From an uncultured delta proteobacterium (GTDB lineage Bacteria > Desulfobacterota > Syntrophia > Syntrophales > Smithellaceae): a DNA stretch of 64,000 bases. The position numbers and the translations under genes were made by a program. Under the pieces are notes generated by a model. The model had not been told where the DNA came from. It saw only the letters and a program-made list of their open reading frames with translations, and ran no database searches. Below, one piece after another: positions 10,273-20,194 of the stretch; within the stretch, counting starts at the first letter, position 1; each line of letters starts with the position of its first letter. Location of the stretch: NCBI GenBank assembly GCA_963753975.1, contig CAVWEH010000001.1, forward strand, positions 256,001 to 320,000, in the 5' to 3' direction.

Positions 10273-11571
10273 ATGTATTGGGAAAAAAATGTGGAGACTC
10301 TCAATCGAGCTATGCTGGAAAAAATGCAATTGGCACAGCTCAAAGATGCTATCGGAAGAGCTCAGAAGTCTTTTTATTACGGCAAAACCCTGAAAGAAAA
10401 GGGATTGAACGTAAAATCGCTCAAGTCCCTGAACGATATTCACAAATTTCCCTTTACGACTAAAGATGATTTGCGTGAACACTGGCCTTACGGATTTATC
10501 GCCGTGCCGAGGGAGGAACTGGTGCGAATGCATTCGTCTTCGGGAACCACCGGCCGTGCCACGGTTATATTCCATACAGCACAGGATATAGCTGTCTGGT
10601 CGAATCTCCTGGCGCGTTGCATGTATATGGCCGGTATGCGTAAAAGCGACGTTTTTCAAAACATGATGACTTACGGACTTTTTACGGGCGGCCTCGGCTT
10701 CCATTACGGCGCCGAAAAAATCGGCGCGCTGGTTATTCCCGCCGGCGCGGGCAATTCTAAACGTCAAATTCAACTGATGATGGATTTTGCAACAACAGCT
10801 ATCCATGTCATCCCCAGCTACGCTTTGCATCTCTCCATTGTTTTCACCGAACTTAAAGTTGATCCGCGCAAAGATACGAAAGTTAAAATCGCTTTTCTGG
10901 GTGCGGAGCCACATACGGAAAAAATGCGCAAAAAGATTGAAGAAATATACGGTTATAAAGCTTTTAATTCCTATGGCCTTTCTGAAATGAACGGGCCGGG
11001 CGTGGCCTTTGAATGCCCTTATCAAAATGGCATGCATATCTGGGAAGACAGTTTTCTGGTGGAAATTATCGATCCGGACACTCTGGAGCCGGTTGCCGAA
11101 GGCCAAGAAGGCGAGCTGGTCATGACCACGTTGCAGAGGGAAGGCATGCCGCTCATTCGCTACCGCACCAAAGATTTAACCAGAATTATTCCCGAGTCCT
11201 GCGCCTGCGGGCGCACCCATCGCCGGATCGAGCGCATCAAGGGAAGAACAGACGACATGCTGATTCTGAAAGGCGTTAATATCTTTCCCATGCAGATTGA
11301 AAAGAAACTGATGGAGATAGAAGGCGTCGGTACTAACTTTTTGATTGTTCTGGAGCGCGAAGGATTCAACGATGACATGACGGTGAAAGTCGAGGTAAAC
11401 AAAAAGTATTTTGTAGGCGATGTGCAGCAACTGGAGAGTCTCAGAAAGAAAATCGTCGAGGAATTAAAAAGCGAAATTCTGGTTACACCCAAGGTCGATT
11501 TGGTTGAGCCGGACAGCATTCCGAAAGGAGAAGGTAAGGCGGTGCGGGTAGTAGACAACCGCAAAGACTGA
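10273..11571 (+). CDS. paaK: Phenylacetate-CoA ligase family protein
   Basis: HSSSGTTG, YGLSEMNGPG, LIRYRTKD, GRTDDMLILKGVNIFP. Confidence 0.88.
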   Translation: MYWEKNVETLNRAMLEKMQLAQLKDAIGRAQKSFYYGKTLKEKGLNVKSLKSLNDIHKFPFTTKDDLREHWPYGFIAVPREELVRMHSSSGTTGRATVIFHTAQDIAVWSNLLARCMYMAGMRKSDVFQNMMTYGLFTGGLGFHYGAEKIGALVIPAGAGNSKRQIQLMMDFATTAIHVIPSYALHLSIVFTELKVDPRKDTKVKIAFLGAEPHTEKMRKKIEEIYGYKAFNSYGLSEMNGPGVAFECPYQNGMHIWEDSFLVEIIDPDTLEPVAEGQEGELVMTTLQREGMPLIRYRTKDLTRIIPESCACGRTHRRIERIKGRTDDMLILKGVNIFPMQIEKKLMEIEGVGTNFLIVLEREGFNDDMTVKVEVNKKYFVGDVQQLESLRKKIVEELKSEILVTPKVDLVEPDSIPKGEGKAVRVVDNRKD

Positions 11572-11573
11572 AC

Positions 11574-11718
11574 TGATGATGCGATAAAAAGTCCATATGC
11601 TGGGTCCCACCTTCAGGTGGCGTTGCGCTGCATCCTTAGTCGTTGCGGCGTATGAAAAAATACGCCTCACTCCTTCGGCTTTGCGCGTCTTGCCTCTAGA
11701 GCTTTTTATGAATCATCA
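11574..11718. repeat. MITE-like intergenic element with imperfect terminal inverted repeats
   Basis: Left end TGATGATGCGATAAAAAG, right end CTTTTTATGAATCATCA; internal hairpins GGCGTA..TACGCC and CCACCT-TC-AGGTGG. Confidence 0.65.
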
Positions 11719-11819
11719 AAAAAAGATGTAAGGAATGGTGGCGACCATTCTCTCCACCGCCGCGTTCTACTTTGGAAATCAAGTTTGTGAAGATATTTGA
11801 TTGATATAAGGAGAAAATT

Positions 11820-12251
11820 ATGATTGCTTATCAACTTTCGATTTTTGCGGAAAATAAGCCCGGAAAACTTGCTCTCGTAACAGGAGTTTTGGCCAAAGAA
11901 AAAATCAACATCCGGGCGACGACAATAGCAACTGCCGATACATTCGGGGTAATCAACCTGATTGTTGACGACCCGAAGCGCGCGGAAACGGCTCTCACTA
12001 AAGCGGGAATGACAGTGCATCTGCGCGAGGTGTTGGCGATTCTTATTCCCGACAAACCCGGCGGTCTGGATAGCCTTACCCAATTGTTCAATCAGGAAGG
12101 CATCAATGTTAATAATGCCTATGGTTTTGTACTGGAAGAGTCAAAAAACGCGGTATTTGTAGTTGATGTAGATCAGATGCAAAAGACAGAAAAGCTTTTG
12201 CAGGAGAAGGGCTTTAAAACTTTAGATAGCCGGGCTCTTTCCGGCATGTAA
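11820..12251 (+). CDS. Tandem ACT-domain protein
   Basis: QLSIFAENKPGKL and PDKPGGL ACT motifs; a typical paaK neighbour. Confidence 0.88.
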   Translation: MIAYQLSIFAENKPGKLALVTGVLAKEKINIRATTIATADTFGVINLIVDDPKRAETALTKAGMTVHLREVLAILIPDKPGGLDSLTQLFNQEGINVNNAYGFVLEESKNAVFVVDVDQMQKTEKLLQEKGFKTLDSRALSGM

Positions 12252-12292
12252 AAACCGGTAAGTAAGTTAATTGTTTAATAGGGCAAGAAATT

Positions 12293-12727
12293 ATGACACA
12301 TCTGGACAAAGGTAAATATTTTGAAAAACACCCCGGGGATTCCCCAATAGATGATGATTTAAAACGGGAAATTATTGGAGAGATAAAGGATAATAATATT
12401 GCCTGCAAGAAAGCCGAGGAAATTGCCGGGAAAAAAGGAATGGCAATTCGTGAAATCGGCAAAGCTATCGATATTTTAAATATCAATATTGCCGAATGCC
12501 AATTGGGTCTTTTTGGCTACAGCCCGCATAAAAAAATTGTCGAGCCCGCCCAAGAAATTGCGCCGGCTTTGAAAGAAAATATTTTAGCGGCGCTCGCAAA
12601 TGACCGGCTTCCCTGCAGCGCGGCCTGGGCAATCGCCGCGAAATTGAATATCCCCCGCATGAAGATTTCCGCTGCATGTGAAGGTCTGCACATAAAAGTT
12701 AAACCGTGTCAACTGGGCGCTTTTTAA
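12293..12727 (+). CDS. Conserved hypothetical protein with two internal Cys-containing repeats
   Basis: Two repeats C..A..IA...CQLG(L/A)F. Confidence 0.7.
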   Translation: MTHLDKGKYFEKHPGDSPIDDDLKREIIGEIKDNNIACKKAEEIAGKKGMAIREIGKAIDILNINIAECQLGLFGYSPHKKIVEPAQEIAPALKENILAALANDRLPCSAAWAIAAKLNIPRMKISAACEGLHIKVKPCQLGAF

Positions 12728-12732
12728 TTTTT

Positions 12733-13443
12733 TTAAGAGTCCAATTTCAGATAACCGTGCAGCAATCGAATCATCAGATCAGCGTTTTTACTGATGCCGC
12801 CGAGTATCTCTTCCATGCCTAAAGGTTTACTAAGCAAGCCGTTACCGAAATTATCGATGGAACACGCAGACGCGTAAGGCATATCTAATTCCAGAGCGAT
12901 TGCCGCTTCGTTAGCCATAGTCATGCCGACAATATCGGCAAAATTGGCCATCATTTTGATTTCCGCTTTTGTCTCCAGCCGCGGACCCTGTGTTTGCCAG
13001 TAAGTTCCTTTATCTATAACTTGAATCTTGCAAATTTGTGCTGCCCGGATGAGTTTTTGCCGCACTTTTTCGTTTAATGAAGGGGTGATGTGACGAGTGC
13101 CGTTTTGATAAATGGTGGGAGTGGTGGTAAGCGTGATAAAATCGTCGGGAATAACGATCATTCCCGGACATAAATTATTTTTTAAAGAACCGGTCGAATT
13201 AATGCCGACTATTTCTGTTGCGCCGATATCCTTGAGCGCCTGCAAGTTGGAGCGATGGTTGATCAAATGAGGCAAAATATGATTATTAGGGTCATTGCCA
13301 TGTCGCAAAATCAAGGCTATTCTATCCGTGAGCAATACTTCTGTCCGGCCGAATTCGTTTTTCATCAGTCTGGCTTTACCTTTTCTTAATAAATCGCTTC
13401 TTTCCATGACTAATTTGGTGGAAATGACGCCTAAGAGACTCAT
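12733..13443 (-). CDS. MTAP/PNP family purine nucleoside phosphorylase
   Basis: LRHG, PHLINHRSN, STGSL, QGPRLETKAE, DIVGMT; start at ATG 13443 after GGAGG. Confidence 0.88.
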   Translation of the reverse strand: MSLLGVISTKLVMERSDLLRKGKARLMKNEFGRTEVLLTDRIALILRHGNDPNNHILPHLINHRSNLQALKDIGATEIVGINSTGSLKNNLCPGMIVIPDDFITLTTTPTIYQNGTRHITPSLNEKVRQKLIRAAQICKIQVIDKGTYWQTQGPRLETKAEIKMMANFADIVGMTMANEAAIALELDMPYASACSIDNFGNGLLSKPLGMEEILGGISKNADLMIRLLHGYLKLDS

Positions 13444-13727
13444 AAAAACCTCCTCCAATTCGCATCCTATTCGTATACTTTTGTTGACAAAACCTGCGCG
13501 GCGTGTTCCGGTCATCGACTCTTCAATCCGCCGCCGCGGACCCCTGAATCGCCTTTTTCTCGCCGTCAAGGTCCTCTTTTGACTGTAAAGTGGCATTAAT
13601 TCAAGTTTTTTAATATAAAACAAATTGTCATTTAGCAATCAAAAACTATTGCCAAATAGCATTTGACTTTTGGGGTTTCTCTATGACATATAGGCGTGCA
13701 TTAAAAAAGCTAAGGAGGGCGCGATTA

Positions 13728-14057
13728 ATGAGCAGTGAATTTTTAGGCGTCGCCACCGACGATAACTTCGAAGGTGAAGTTCTAAAAAACGCCAAACCGG
13801 TGCTCATTGATTTTTGGGCACCGTGGTGCGGGCCGTGTAAAGCTATCGGCCCTATAGTCGAAGAGCTTGCCTCTCAATTTAAAGACAGCATCAAAATAAT
13901 GAAATTAAATGTTGACGAAAATCAGAAAACAGCGCTTAATTTCGGCGTGCGCAGCATACCGACCCTGATCCTTTTTAAGGAAGGCAAAGTACTCGATACT
14001 CTCATCGGCCTTGTTCCCAAGGCAAAACTGGAAGAATTTATTAAGAAAAGTTTATAA
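13728..14057 (+). CDS. trxA: Thioredoxin
   Basis: WAPWCGPC active site; AAGGAGG RBS. Confidence 0.95.
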   Translation: MSSEFLGVATDDNFEGEVLKNAKPVLIDFWAPWCGPCKAIGPIVEELASQFKDSIKIMKLNVDENQKTALNFGVRSIPTLILFKEGKVLDTLIGLVPKAKLEEFIKKSL

Positions 14058-14090
14058 ATCAAGAATGTTCCGCTGAAAGGTAGTGAAGGC

Positions 14091-14864
14091 ATGTATTTAA
14101 GAAGATTGCGGGAAACATTGAATTGGAAAGTATTTATAATTGCTTTATTGGTATTATGCTTCAGCGGTTGTTCTTCATTGAATATATTTGGCAAGAAAGA
14201 GGTGGTCAAAAACACTCCGGAAGGACTTTACGCGCGCGGAGCTGCTGAATTTCAGGAAAGTAATTATTATCATGATTATAAAAAAGCCCGGGAATATTTT
14301 ATGAGGGTTAAAGAAGAATATCCCCTGCATAATCTGGCTATTTTAGCGGAAATAGGAATAGCCGATTGCTATTACAGCGATAAGGAATACCAGGAAGCGG
14401 AAAACGCGTACAACGATTTTGTCACTTTTCATCCTACTAACGAGAATGTTCCTTATGCCTTCTACCAAATAGGCATGTGTCATTACAAGCAGATGGATGC
14501 AATCGATCGTGATCAGACGGCGGCGATTAAAGCGAAAAAAGAATTCGAAAAACTTGTGTCCCGTTATCCTGATAGTAAGTTTTCCACTATGGCCGAGAAG
14601 TTGATTCGCGAATGCAAGCAAAAGCTGGCGGAACAAGAATTTTATGTGGGACATTTTTATTTCAAACAGAAAAAATATCAGGCCGCCCTCGCCCGTTTTG
14701 AAACAATAGTGCGAGATTATGCGAACGTCGGACTTGATTATAAGGTAGAATATTTTATTAACGAAACCAAAGCGAAAATTGCTGAAGAAGAGAAATTGAA
14801 AAAAGCCGAGGAAGAAAAATTAAAAAAGGCCCAGCAAGAAAAAAGCAGAACTGCAAAAAAATAA
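14091..14864 (+). CDS. bamD: Outer membrane protein assembly factor BamD
   Basis: Lipobox FSGC, TPR-like repeats, DRDQT, LAEQEFYVGHFY. Confidence 0.88.
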   Translation: MYLRRLRETLNWKVFIIALLVLCFSGCSSLNIFGKKEVVKNTPEGLYARGAAEFQESNYYHDYKKAREYFMRVKEEYPLHNLAILAEIGIADCYYSDKEYQEAENAYNDFVTFHPTNENVPYAFYQIGMCHYKQMDAIDRDQTAAIKAKKEFEKLVSRYPDSKFSTMAEKLIRECKQKLAEQEFYVGHFYFKQKKYQAALARFETIVRDYANVGLDYKVEYFINETKAKIAEEEKLKKAEEEKLKKAQQEKSRTAKK

Positions 14865-14874
14865 TACCAAGCCG

Positions 14875-15038
14875 TAATGAGACCCAAGTTTCAGAAACAG
14901 AGTGCGCCGAAACTTGCAAATCGAATTAATGACACTCGCTGAAAACGAACTACGTGAAGTTTGAAGTGTAAGTGGAATTAATCCCGCGTGCGAAGCGTAA
15001 GCGGGGCAATACTAAATACCCCGCAGCTTGCTTTGGGG
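14875..15038 (+). repeat. GA-mismatch hairpin element cluster A
   Basis: TAATGAGAC..ATCGAATTA (14875-14928), TAATGACAC..GTGGAATTA (14927-14980), CCCGC-GCGAAGC-GCGGG hairpin and a CCCCGCAGCTTGC palindrome remnant. Confidence 0.75.
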
Positions 15039-15190
15039 TTTATACCCATGGGGCTGCTCTTAAACGGTTTTCTAGTAAATCTATCAGCGGTTAAACTATC
15101 CCGACAATAACATATGATAATCAGGGCAAAATTTATTCTTGCTTGCAGGTTCCTTTCGTGGTTATTTCACCAAGCTATGAAATGGAGTGA

Positions 15191-15844
15191 ATGATGTTCA
15201 AGAAACTGCGTAAATTAGCCAAGACCAGATTTGCCGGAGCACTTCTTTACTGGGTAGTACGGCTGTACTCCGCTACATTTCGTCTGAAGATAGAAAATGA
15301 AGCCGAATGGTTTAAATATCTGGAGGAAGGCGGAAGGATTATTATTTGCGCCTGGCATCAGCAGTTTTTTGTCGGTGTTCGGGTTTTTAAGAGATACAAA
15401 AAATACTCGCCCGCTTTGATGTCTTCCCGAAGTTTGGATGGACAAATTGCCGCCGGTGTTGCTCAGAGAGTCGGATGTTATACCGTATGGGGTTCTTCCT
15501 CCCGCGGCGGCGGAACTGCCCTGAAAGAAATGATAAACAGAATAAAACAGCACCGGCTGGCGGCGCACATTATGGATGGGCCAAGGGGCCCGGCAGGTAT
15601 TGTTAAGGCCGGTGTCATTGCCCTTGCCCACGGCGCTGATGCCGCTATTGTTCCCGCGTACGCCAGGGCCGATCGAGCCTGGTACATGCACAGCTGGGAT
15701 AAATTTATGATTCCTAAGCCTTTCGCATGCGTTACCGTTAACTTCTGTCCCCAAATTAAACTGCCGCCGGCAAAAGCTAAAGCGGATATTGAAAATCAAA
15801 GACAAATGCTGGAAAATTTCATGCGGCCTTACCTGTATCGCTAA
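15191..15844 (+). CDS. DUF374 / lysophospholipid acyltransferase family protein
   Basis: AWH, SRSLDG, GSSSRGG, DGPRGP, SWDKFMIPKPF. Confidence 0.85.
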   Translation: MMFKKLRKLAKTRFAGALLYWVVRLYSATFRLKIENEAEWFKYLEEGGRIIICAWHQQFFVGVRVFKRYKKYSPALMSSRSLDGQIAAGVAQRVGCYTVWGSSSRGGGTALKEMINRIKQHRLAAHIMDGPRGPAGIVKAGVIALAHGADAAIVPAYARADRAWYMHSWDKFMIPKPFACVTVNFCPQIKLPPAKAKADIENQRQMLENFMRPYLYR

Positions 15845-15900
15845 GTATCTTCGGTTGGTAAAAAATCAGAGAGCATTGTATTGCCGCCCGGAAATTAGCA

Positions 15901-16971
15901 TTAATGTTCCAGCCACCTGGCTATAAGCTTCAACTCACGCTCTTCCCATTGGGGTAAATAGCGGATGTGTAAAAAAGATTCGAAAAGGTTATCCATTGTT
16001 TTTACTGCGTTTTCAATAAGATAAATTCTTTCCAATAGATTTCCCGCAGGGTCTTCTTGAGTTTTCGGCGAGAACATTCCCGGCAGGTTCAATGAATGAA
16101 AATTAAAAGAGTCGGCTTTAAAAGTGAATTCCCATTCATTTTGATTATAACTTAGCTTGATTCCTGCTTCTTTGACTTTTTTCCCCTGGCGGATAGCTTC
16201 CTTGCCTTCTTTAAGTTCGTTGTGTATTCCGGAACAAACAACACCCTGGGAATACTCGCCTTCGCCCGATTCCAAAACAATTCTTTTTAAGAAATGAAGT
16301 TCAACTTCTTCAGTGTCGGTTAACGCTATCCTGCCGTTGCGTTCTTCCGATTTAAACCAAAGCCAGGTTAAAAATTCACGGCCGATAATAGAGACAGTTT
16401 CCGCGGATTCATCATTTTTTACTATCCGCGGATTTTCTTGCGGCAAAATACGTTTAAGATTTAGAGAAAAAGTTTTTTTGAATAGATCAACAAATTCGTC
16501 AGCGACCGTGTCGGCAAGAGAAGAAAAATAAATCTTGTTTTGTCCTATGGCCCAGCAGACGTCATAAAAAGAAGGCACGGGATCAAGTTTAGTCATTAGC
16601 TCCAATTTGACCTTGTCTTTGATAGCTGTTGCAGTTTGTTTATTAATCCGGCCGGAGCCTGCGCTTTGGGCAAGATAGTTTCGTTCCTCTGTCATTAATT
16701 TAAGTTTCATCAACTTGGGCGGGATCGACCTACGGTCAATGCGCAGGCAGAAGATAAGATAATCGCCCAGCGCGTAATCAGCCTTTTTGAAGTCGGTATC
16801 CAATACATCAATAAGAGAAACCCAACCTAATTGTTTTTCTTCTGTTGATTTGGTCGTTTCTCGAAAGGCATGAGCTCTAATCCTTTCATTGACGAAATTC
16901 AAGAATGCCTGCGGCAGCTGGCCTTCCACATTAAATCTCATAAAAGTAAAATTGCCTTTGAGTAAACCCAT
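15901..16971 (-). CDS. RdgC-like recombination-associated protein
   Basis: GWV, LRIDRRSIP and IGREFLTWLWF motifs of RdgC-like proteins; start at MGLLKG. Confidence 0.65.
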   Translation of the reverse strand: MGLLKGNFTFMRFNVEGQLPQAFLNFVNERIRAHAFRETTKSTEEKQLGWVSLIDVLDTDFKKADYALGDYLIFCLRIDRRSIPPKLMKLKLMTEERNYLAQSAGSGRINKQTATAIKDKVKLELMTKLDPVPSFYDVCWAIGQNKIYFSSLADTVADEFVDLFKKTFSLNLKRILPQENPRIVKNDESAETVSIIGREFLTWLWFKSEERNGRIALTDTEEVELHFLKRIVLESGEGEYSQGVVCSGIHNELKEGKEAIRQGKKVKEAGIKLSYNQNEWEFTFKADSFNFHSLNLPGMFSPKTQEDPAGNLLERIYLIENAVKTMDNLFESFLHIRYLPQWEERELKLIARWLEH

Positions 16972-17146
16972 AATTAACACCTCACTGGCGTGCACCGTAT
17001 ATTAAACGCACCGAATCTGTCAAGACTTTATCCCCGGTAATTATCCTAAAAAATCAATTGCTTTGTAAATATATCAGTAAAATATTTATGCGTAGACAGC
17101 GGCTTTTTTTTATGTTAGTGAGCTTCATGTTTCGAGGTTGTAAGCG

Positions 17147-18040
17147 ATGAAAATCAAGAAAGTCGGCATTGTTGCCAATATAGAAAAAGTAAAAATAGCT
17201 GAGTTAGCCAAATCTTTAAAAAAGTGGCTGGAGGAAAAAAACACAGAAGTGTTTTTGGAAGCTCAGATAGCCGCTAAAACCGGTATCGGCGGCGGGCTTA
17301 AATGGGATGAGCTTGCGGCAAAATCGCAGCTTATTGTTGTTTTAGGCGGCGACGGCACAATGCTCCGCGCGGCGCGCTATGTGGCGAGATACGGTGTTCC
17401 CATTCTGGGAATCAATATGGGCAGTTTCGGCTATCTCACCGAAGTAAATTTAAACGAAATGCACTCCGCGTTGGAATTAATTCTGGGAGGCAAGTTTGTC
17501 GCGGAAAAAAGGATGATGCTGACTATAGCCATCAAACACGGCAAAACCGTTGCCAATGTCGGCGATGTGTTAAACGACGCCGTCATCAATCGCGGGAATC
17601 TCTCCCGTATCACCGAGCTGGAAACAGCAGTCGACGGCGAGTACCTGACAACTTACAAGGGAGACGGTCTGATTATTTCCACGCCTACCGGTTCCACGGC
17701 CTATTCGCTTTCAGCGGGCGGCCCGATTGTCTTTCCCGCAAAAGACTTGATAATTATTAATCCCATCTGTCCTCACACCTTGACTAACCGCCCGATTATT
17801 TTTCCGCAAGATGCGAATCTGGAAATAACGCTCTGGTCCAAAGGAAGAGGCGCCACCTTGACTTTGGACGGGCAGGAGTCTTACCAAATCGAATCCGGAG
17901 ACGTCGTGACCATAAAAAAATCGCAATATGCTATCAAGCTGGTTCTTTCGCCGCATCGCAGTTACTGGGAAATACTGCGTTCCAAACTAGGATGGGGCGG
18001 TTTGCCTTCAGGAGCTGGGAAAAGGAAAAATGCTAAATGA
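17147..18040 (+). CDS. nadK: NAD kinase
   Basis: LGGDGT, LND, GDGLIISTPTGSTAYSLSAGG. Confidence 0.95.
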   Translation: MKIKKVGIVANIEKVKIAELAKSLKKWLEEKNTEVFLEAQIAAKTGIGGGLKWDELAAKSQLIVVLGGDGTMLRAARYVARYGVPILGINMGSFGYLTEVNLNEMHSALELILGGKFVAEKRMMLTIAIKHGKTVANVGDVLNDAVINRGNLSRITELETAVDGEYLTTYKGDGLIISTPTGSTAYSLSAGGPIVFPAKDLIIINPICPHTLTNRPIIFPQDANLEITLWSKGRGATLTLDGQESYQIESGDVVTIKKSQYAIKLVLSPHRSYWEILRSKLGWGGLPSGAGKRKNAK

Positions 18041-19742
18041 GTTGAGCATCAAAAACTTCGCGATCATCGATGAGCTCCAGGTTTCCTTCGGTGACAGGCT
18101 GAATGTCATTACCGGAGAAACCGGCGCCGGGAAGTCGATAATTATCGGTGCGGTAAGCTTGCTCTTAGGCGACAGGGCGGCGGCGGATATGATCAGATCG
18201 CAGACGGACGCGGCCACAGTGGAAGCGCTCTTTAATATAGCCGCGAATAGTGAGCTCCGGGAGAAGATCAGGGCCATGGGTTTTGCCGACGGCGACGAAC
18301 TGATCATCCGCCGGGTAATTTCGCGCACGGGCAAAAACAAAGCGCTCATCAACGGGCAGATGGCGACGCTCGCCAATTTGTCCGCCATCAGCGAATCGCT
18401 CATTAATATCTGCGGCCAGCACGAACATCAGGTAATCCTCAATGCCGAAAATCATATCGATATACTCGATGAATTCGGCAGCTCTCTGCCTTCTCGGGCT
18501 TCCTATGCCGAAGCGTATAATCAATATACGCAAATCAGAGCTAAAATAGAAAAATTGGAAAATTTGCGTAAGAGCCGTGAAGAAAAAGCGGATCTGTTTA
18601 AATTTCAGCTGCGGGAAATTCAGGATATTGATCCGCAGCCGGCGGAAGACACGGCGCTCTCCGCTGAAAAAAAAGTTTTCGTTAACGCGCAAAAACTTCT
18701 GGATTGGGCCAACCGCGCATACGATTTGCTCTACGGCGAGAAGGATTCGGCCGTCGTGAAGTTGAAGGAAGTCCAAAATCAGGTAAAGGAAATCAAGAAT
18801 ATCGATGCGAATTTAAAGCTTGCCCCTCAAGATATTGAAGGCAGTTTCATTACCTTGCAGGAAGCGGCCCTGGTTTTGCGCGACTATAGCAAAAATCTTT
18901 TCTTTGATCCGGATAAGCTCTCGGCGATTGACGAGCGCCTGGAAATGCTGGGTCGGCTCAAACGCAAACACGGCGGTTCTCTGGAGAGTGTTCTGGCCAA
19001 AAAACAGGAGATAGAAAAAGAATTGCAGCAGGTTTTTTCCGTCGAAGAAGAATTGGAGGCTCTGGCAAAAGAAGAAACAGCCGTCATGAACAGTCTAAGG
19101 CAAAAGGCGCTGGAGCTTTCTCAGAGGAGAAGGGGAGCAGCGGCGAAGCTCAAAGACGCCGTGGATAAAGAAATCCATGAACTGAATATGCCTCACGCTT
19201 CTTTTGAGGCCAATTTTAAAAAAAGCGCTACAGATAAAAATGTCGAATCTTTCGGACCGAAAGGCGGCGACGAAATAGAGTTTTATCTTGCGGCTAATGC
19301 CGGAGAAGAGCCCAAACCCTTAAACAGGATTGCTTCCGGTGGTGAGTTATCGCGCATAGTTCTGGCGCTGAAAAATGTTTTATCGCGCACCGGCTCCGTG
19401 GATACAATTATTTTTGATGAGGTGGATAACGGCATCGGCGGAGCGACGGCGGAAATCGTCGGCCGCAAATTAAAAGATGTTTCCGCCAATCATCAGGTCA
19501 TCTGTATCACCCATTTGCCGCAGATCGCGTGTTTCGGCGAGGATCATTTGTATGTTACGAAAAAGATCGTGAAAGGCAGAACGACCACCTCCGTCGCAAA
19601 GCTCGATCCCGAGCAGAAGATCGAAGAAATCAGCCGGATGCTGGGCGGAGTGGACGTAACCCAGACTACCCGCAAACATGCCCGCGAGATGATCGACGGC
19701 TCCCTGTCTTCCGGCAATCCGGGCGGGAGGGGGAAATGTTGA
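18030..19742 (+). CDS. recN: DNA repair protein RecN
   Basis: TGETGAGKS, GQHEHQ, ASGGELSR, FDEVD, ITHLPQIA. Confidence 0.95.
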   Translation: MLNELSIKNFAIIDELQVSFGDRLNVITGETGAGKSIIIGAVSLLLGDRAAADMIRSQTDAATVEALFNIAANSELREKIRAMGFADGDELIIRRVISRTGKNKALINGQMATLANLSAISESLINICGQHEHQVILNAENHIDILDEFGSSLPSRASYAEAYNQYTQIRAKIEKLENLRKSREEKADLFKFQLREIQDIDPQPAEDTALSAEKKVFVNAQKLLDWANRAYDLLYGEKDSAVVKLKEVQNQVKEIKNIDANLKLAPQDIEGSFITLQEAALVLRDYSKNLFFDPDKLSAIDERLEMLGRLKRKHGGSLESVLAKKQEIEKELQQVFSVEEELEALAKEETAVMNSLRQKALELSQRRRGAAAKLKDAVDKEIHELNMPHASFEANFKKSATDKNVESFGPKGGDEIEFYLAANAGEEPKPLNRIASGGELSRIVLALKNVLSRTGSVDTIIFDEVDNGIGGATAEIVGRKLKDVSANHQVICITHLPQIACFGEDHLYVTKKIVKGRTTTSVAKLDPEQKIEEISRMLGGVDVTQTTRKHAREMIDGSLSSGNPGGRGKC

Positions 19743-20194
19743 GGAAAGCGCGCATCGATGATGTGAAGACTATTCACCGCATGATAAATGCATCGGCGGG
19801 CAAAGGCGAAATGCTGCCGCGCTCGCTCATGGATATTTACGGTTCTTTGCGGGATTTTTTTGTTTATTACGATGAGGACGAATCGCAGGTGGCGGGTATT
19901 TGCGCGATGAACATCATCTGGGAAAATCTTGCGGAAATCCGGTCGCTTTATGTTGACGAAAATTATCGGGGAAAAGGCGTCGGGAAAGAACTGGTGGAAG
20001 CCTGTATTTCCGAGGCTATTACCCTGGGGCTCTTTAAGATATTTACGCTTACCTACAAAAAGGATTTATTTGCCAAGCTGAGCTTTATTGAAGTGGATAG
20101 GGCGACTCTGCCGGAGAAGATTTGGTCGGATTGTCTGCGCTGTTCCAAGTATCCCGACTACTGCGATGAAATAGCGATGATTATGGAGCTATGA
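19736..20194 (+). CDS. argA: GNAT N-acetyltransferase (short ArgA-type N-acetylglutamate synthase)
   Basis: MLPRS, AEIRSL, RGKGVG, LPEKIWSDC..C; start at ATG 19736 overlapping the recN end. Confidence 0.75.
   Translation: MLRKARIDDVKTIHRMINASAGKGEMLPRSLMDIYGSLRDFFVYYDEDESQVAGICAMNIIWENLAEIRSLYVDENYRGKGVGKELVEACISEAITLGLFKIFTLTYKKDLFAKLSFIEVDRATLPEKIWSDCLRCSKYPDYCDEIAMIMEL

Noticed and set aside
13444..13638. Long N-terminal extensions in the ORF track (MTAP; likewise the SBP to 24998 and the GNAT from 19529)
   Set aside because: Better RBS-backed downstream starts match family lengths, and the extensions overlap other genes or promoters.
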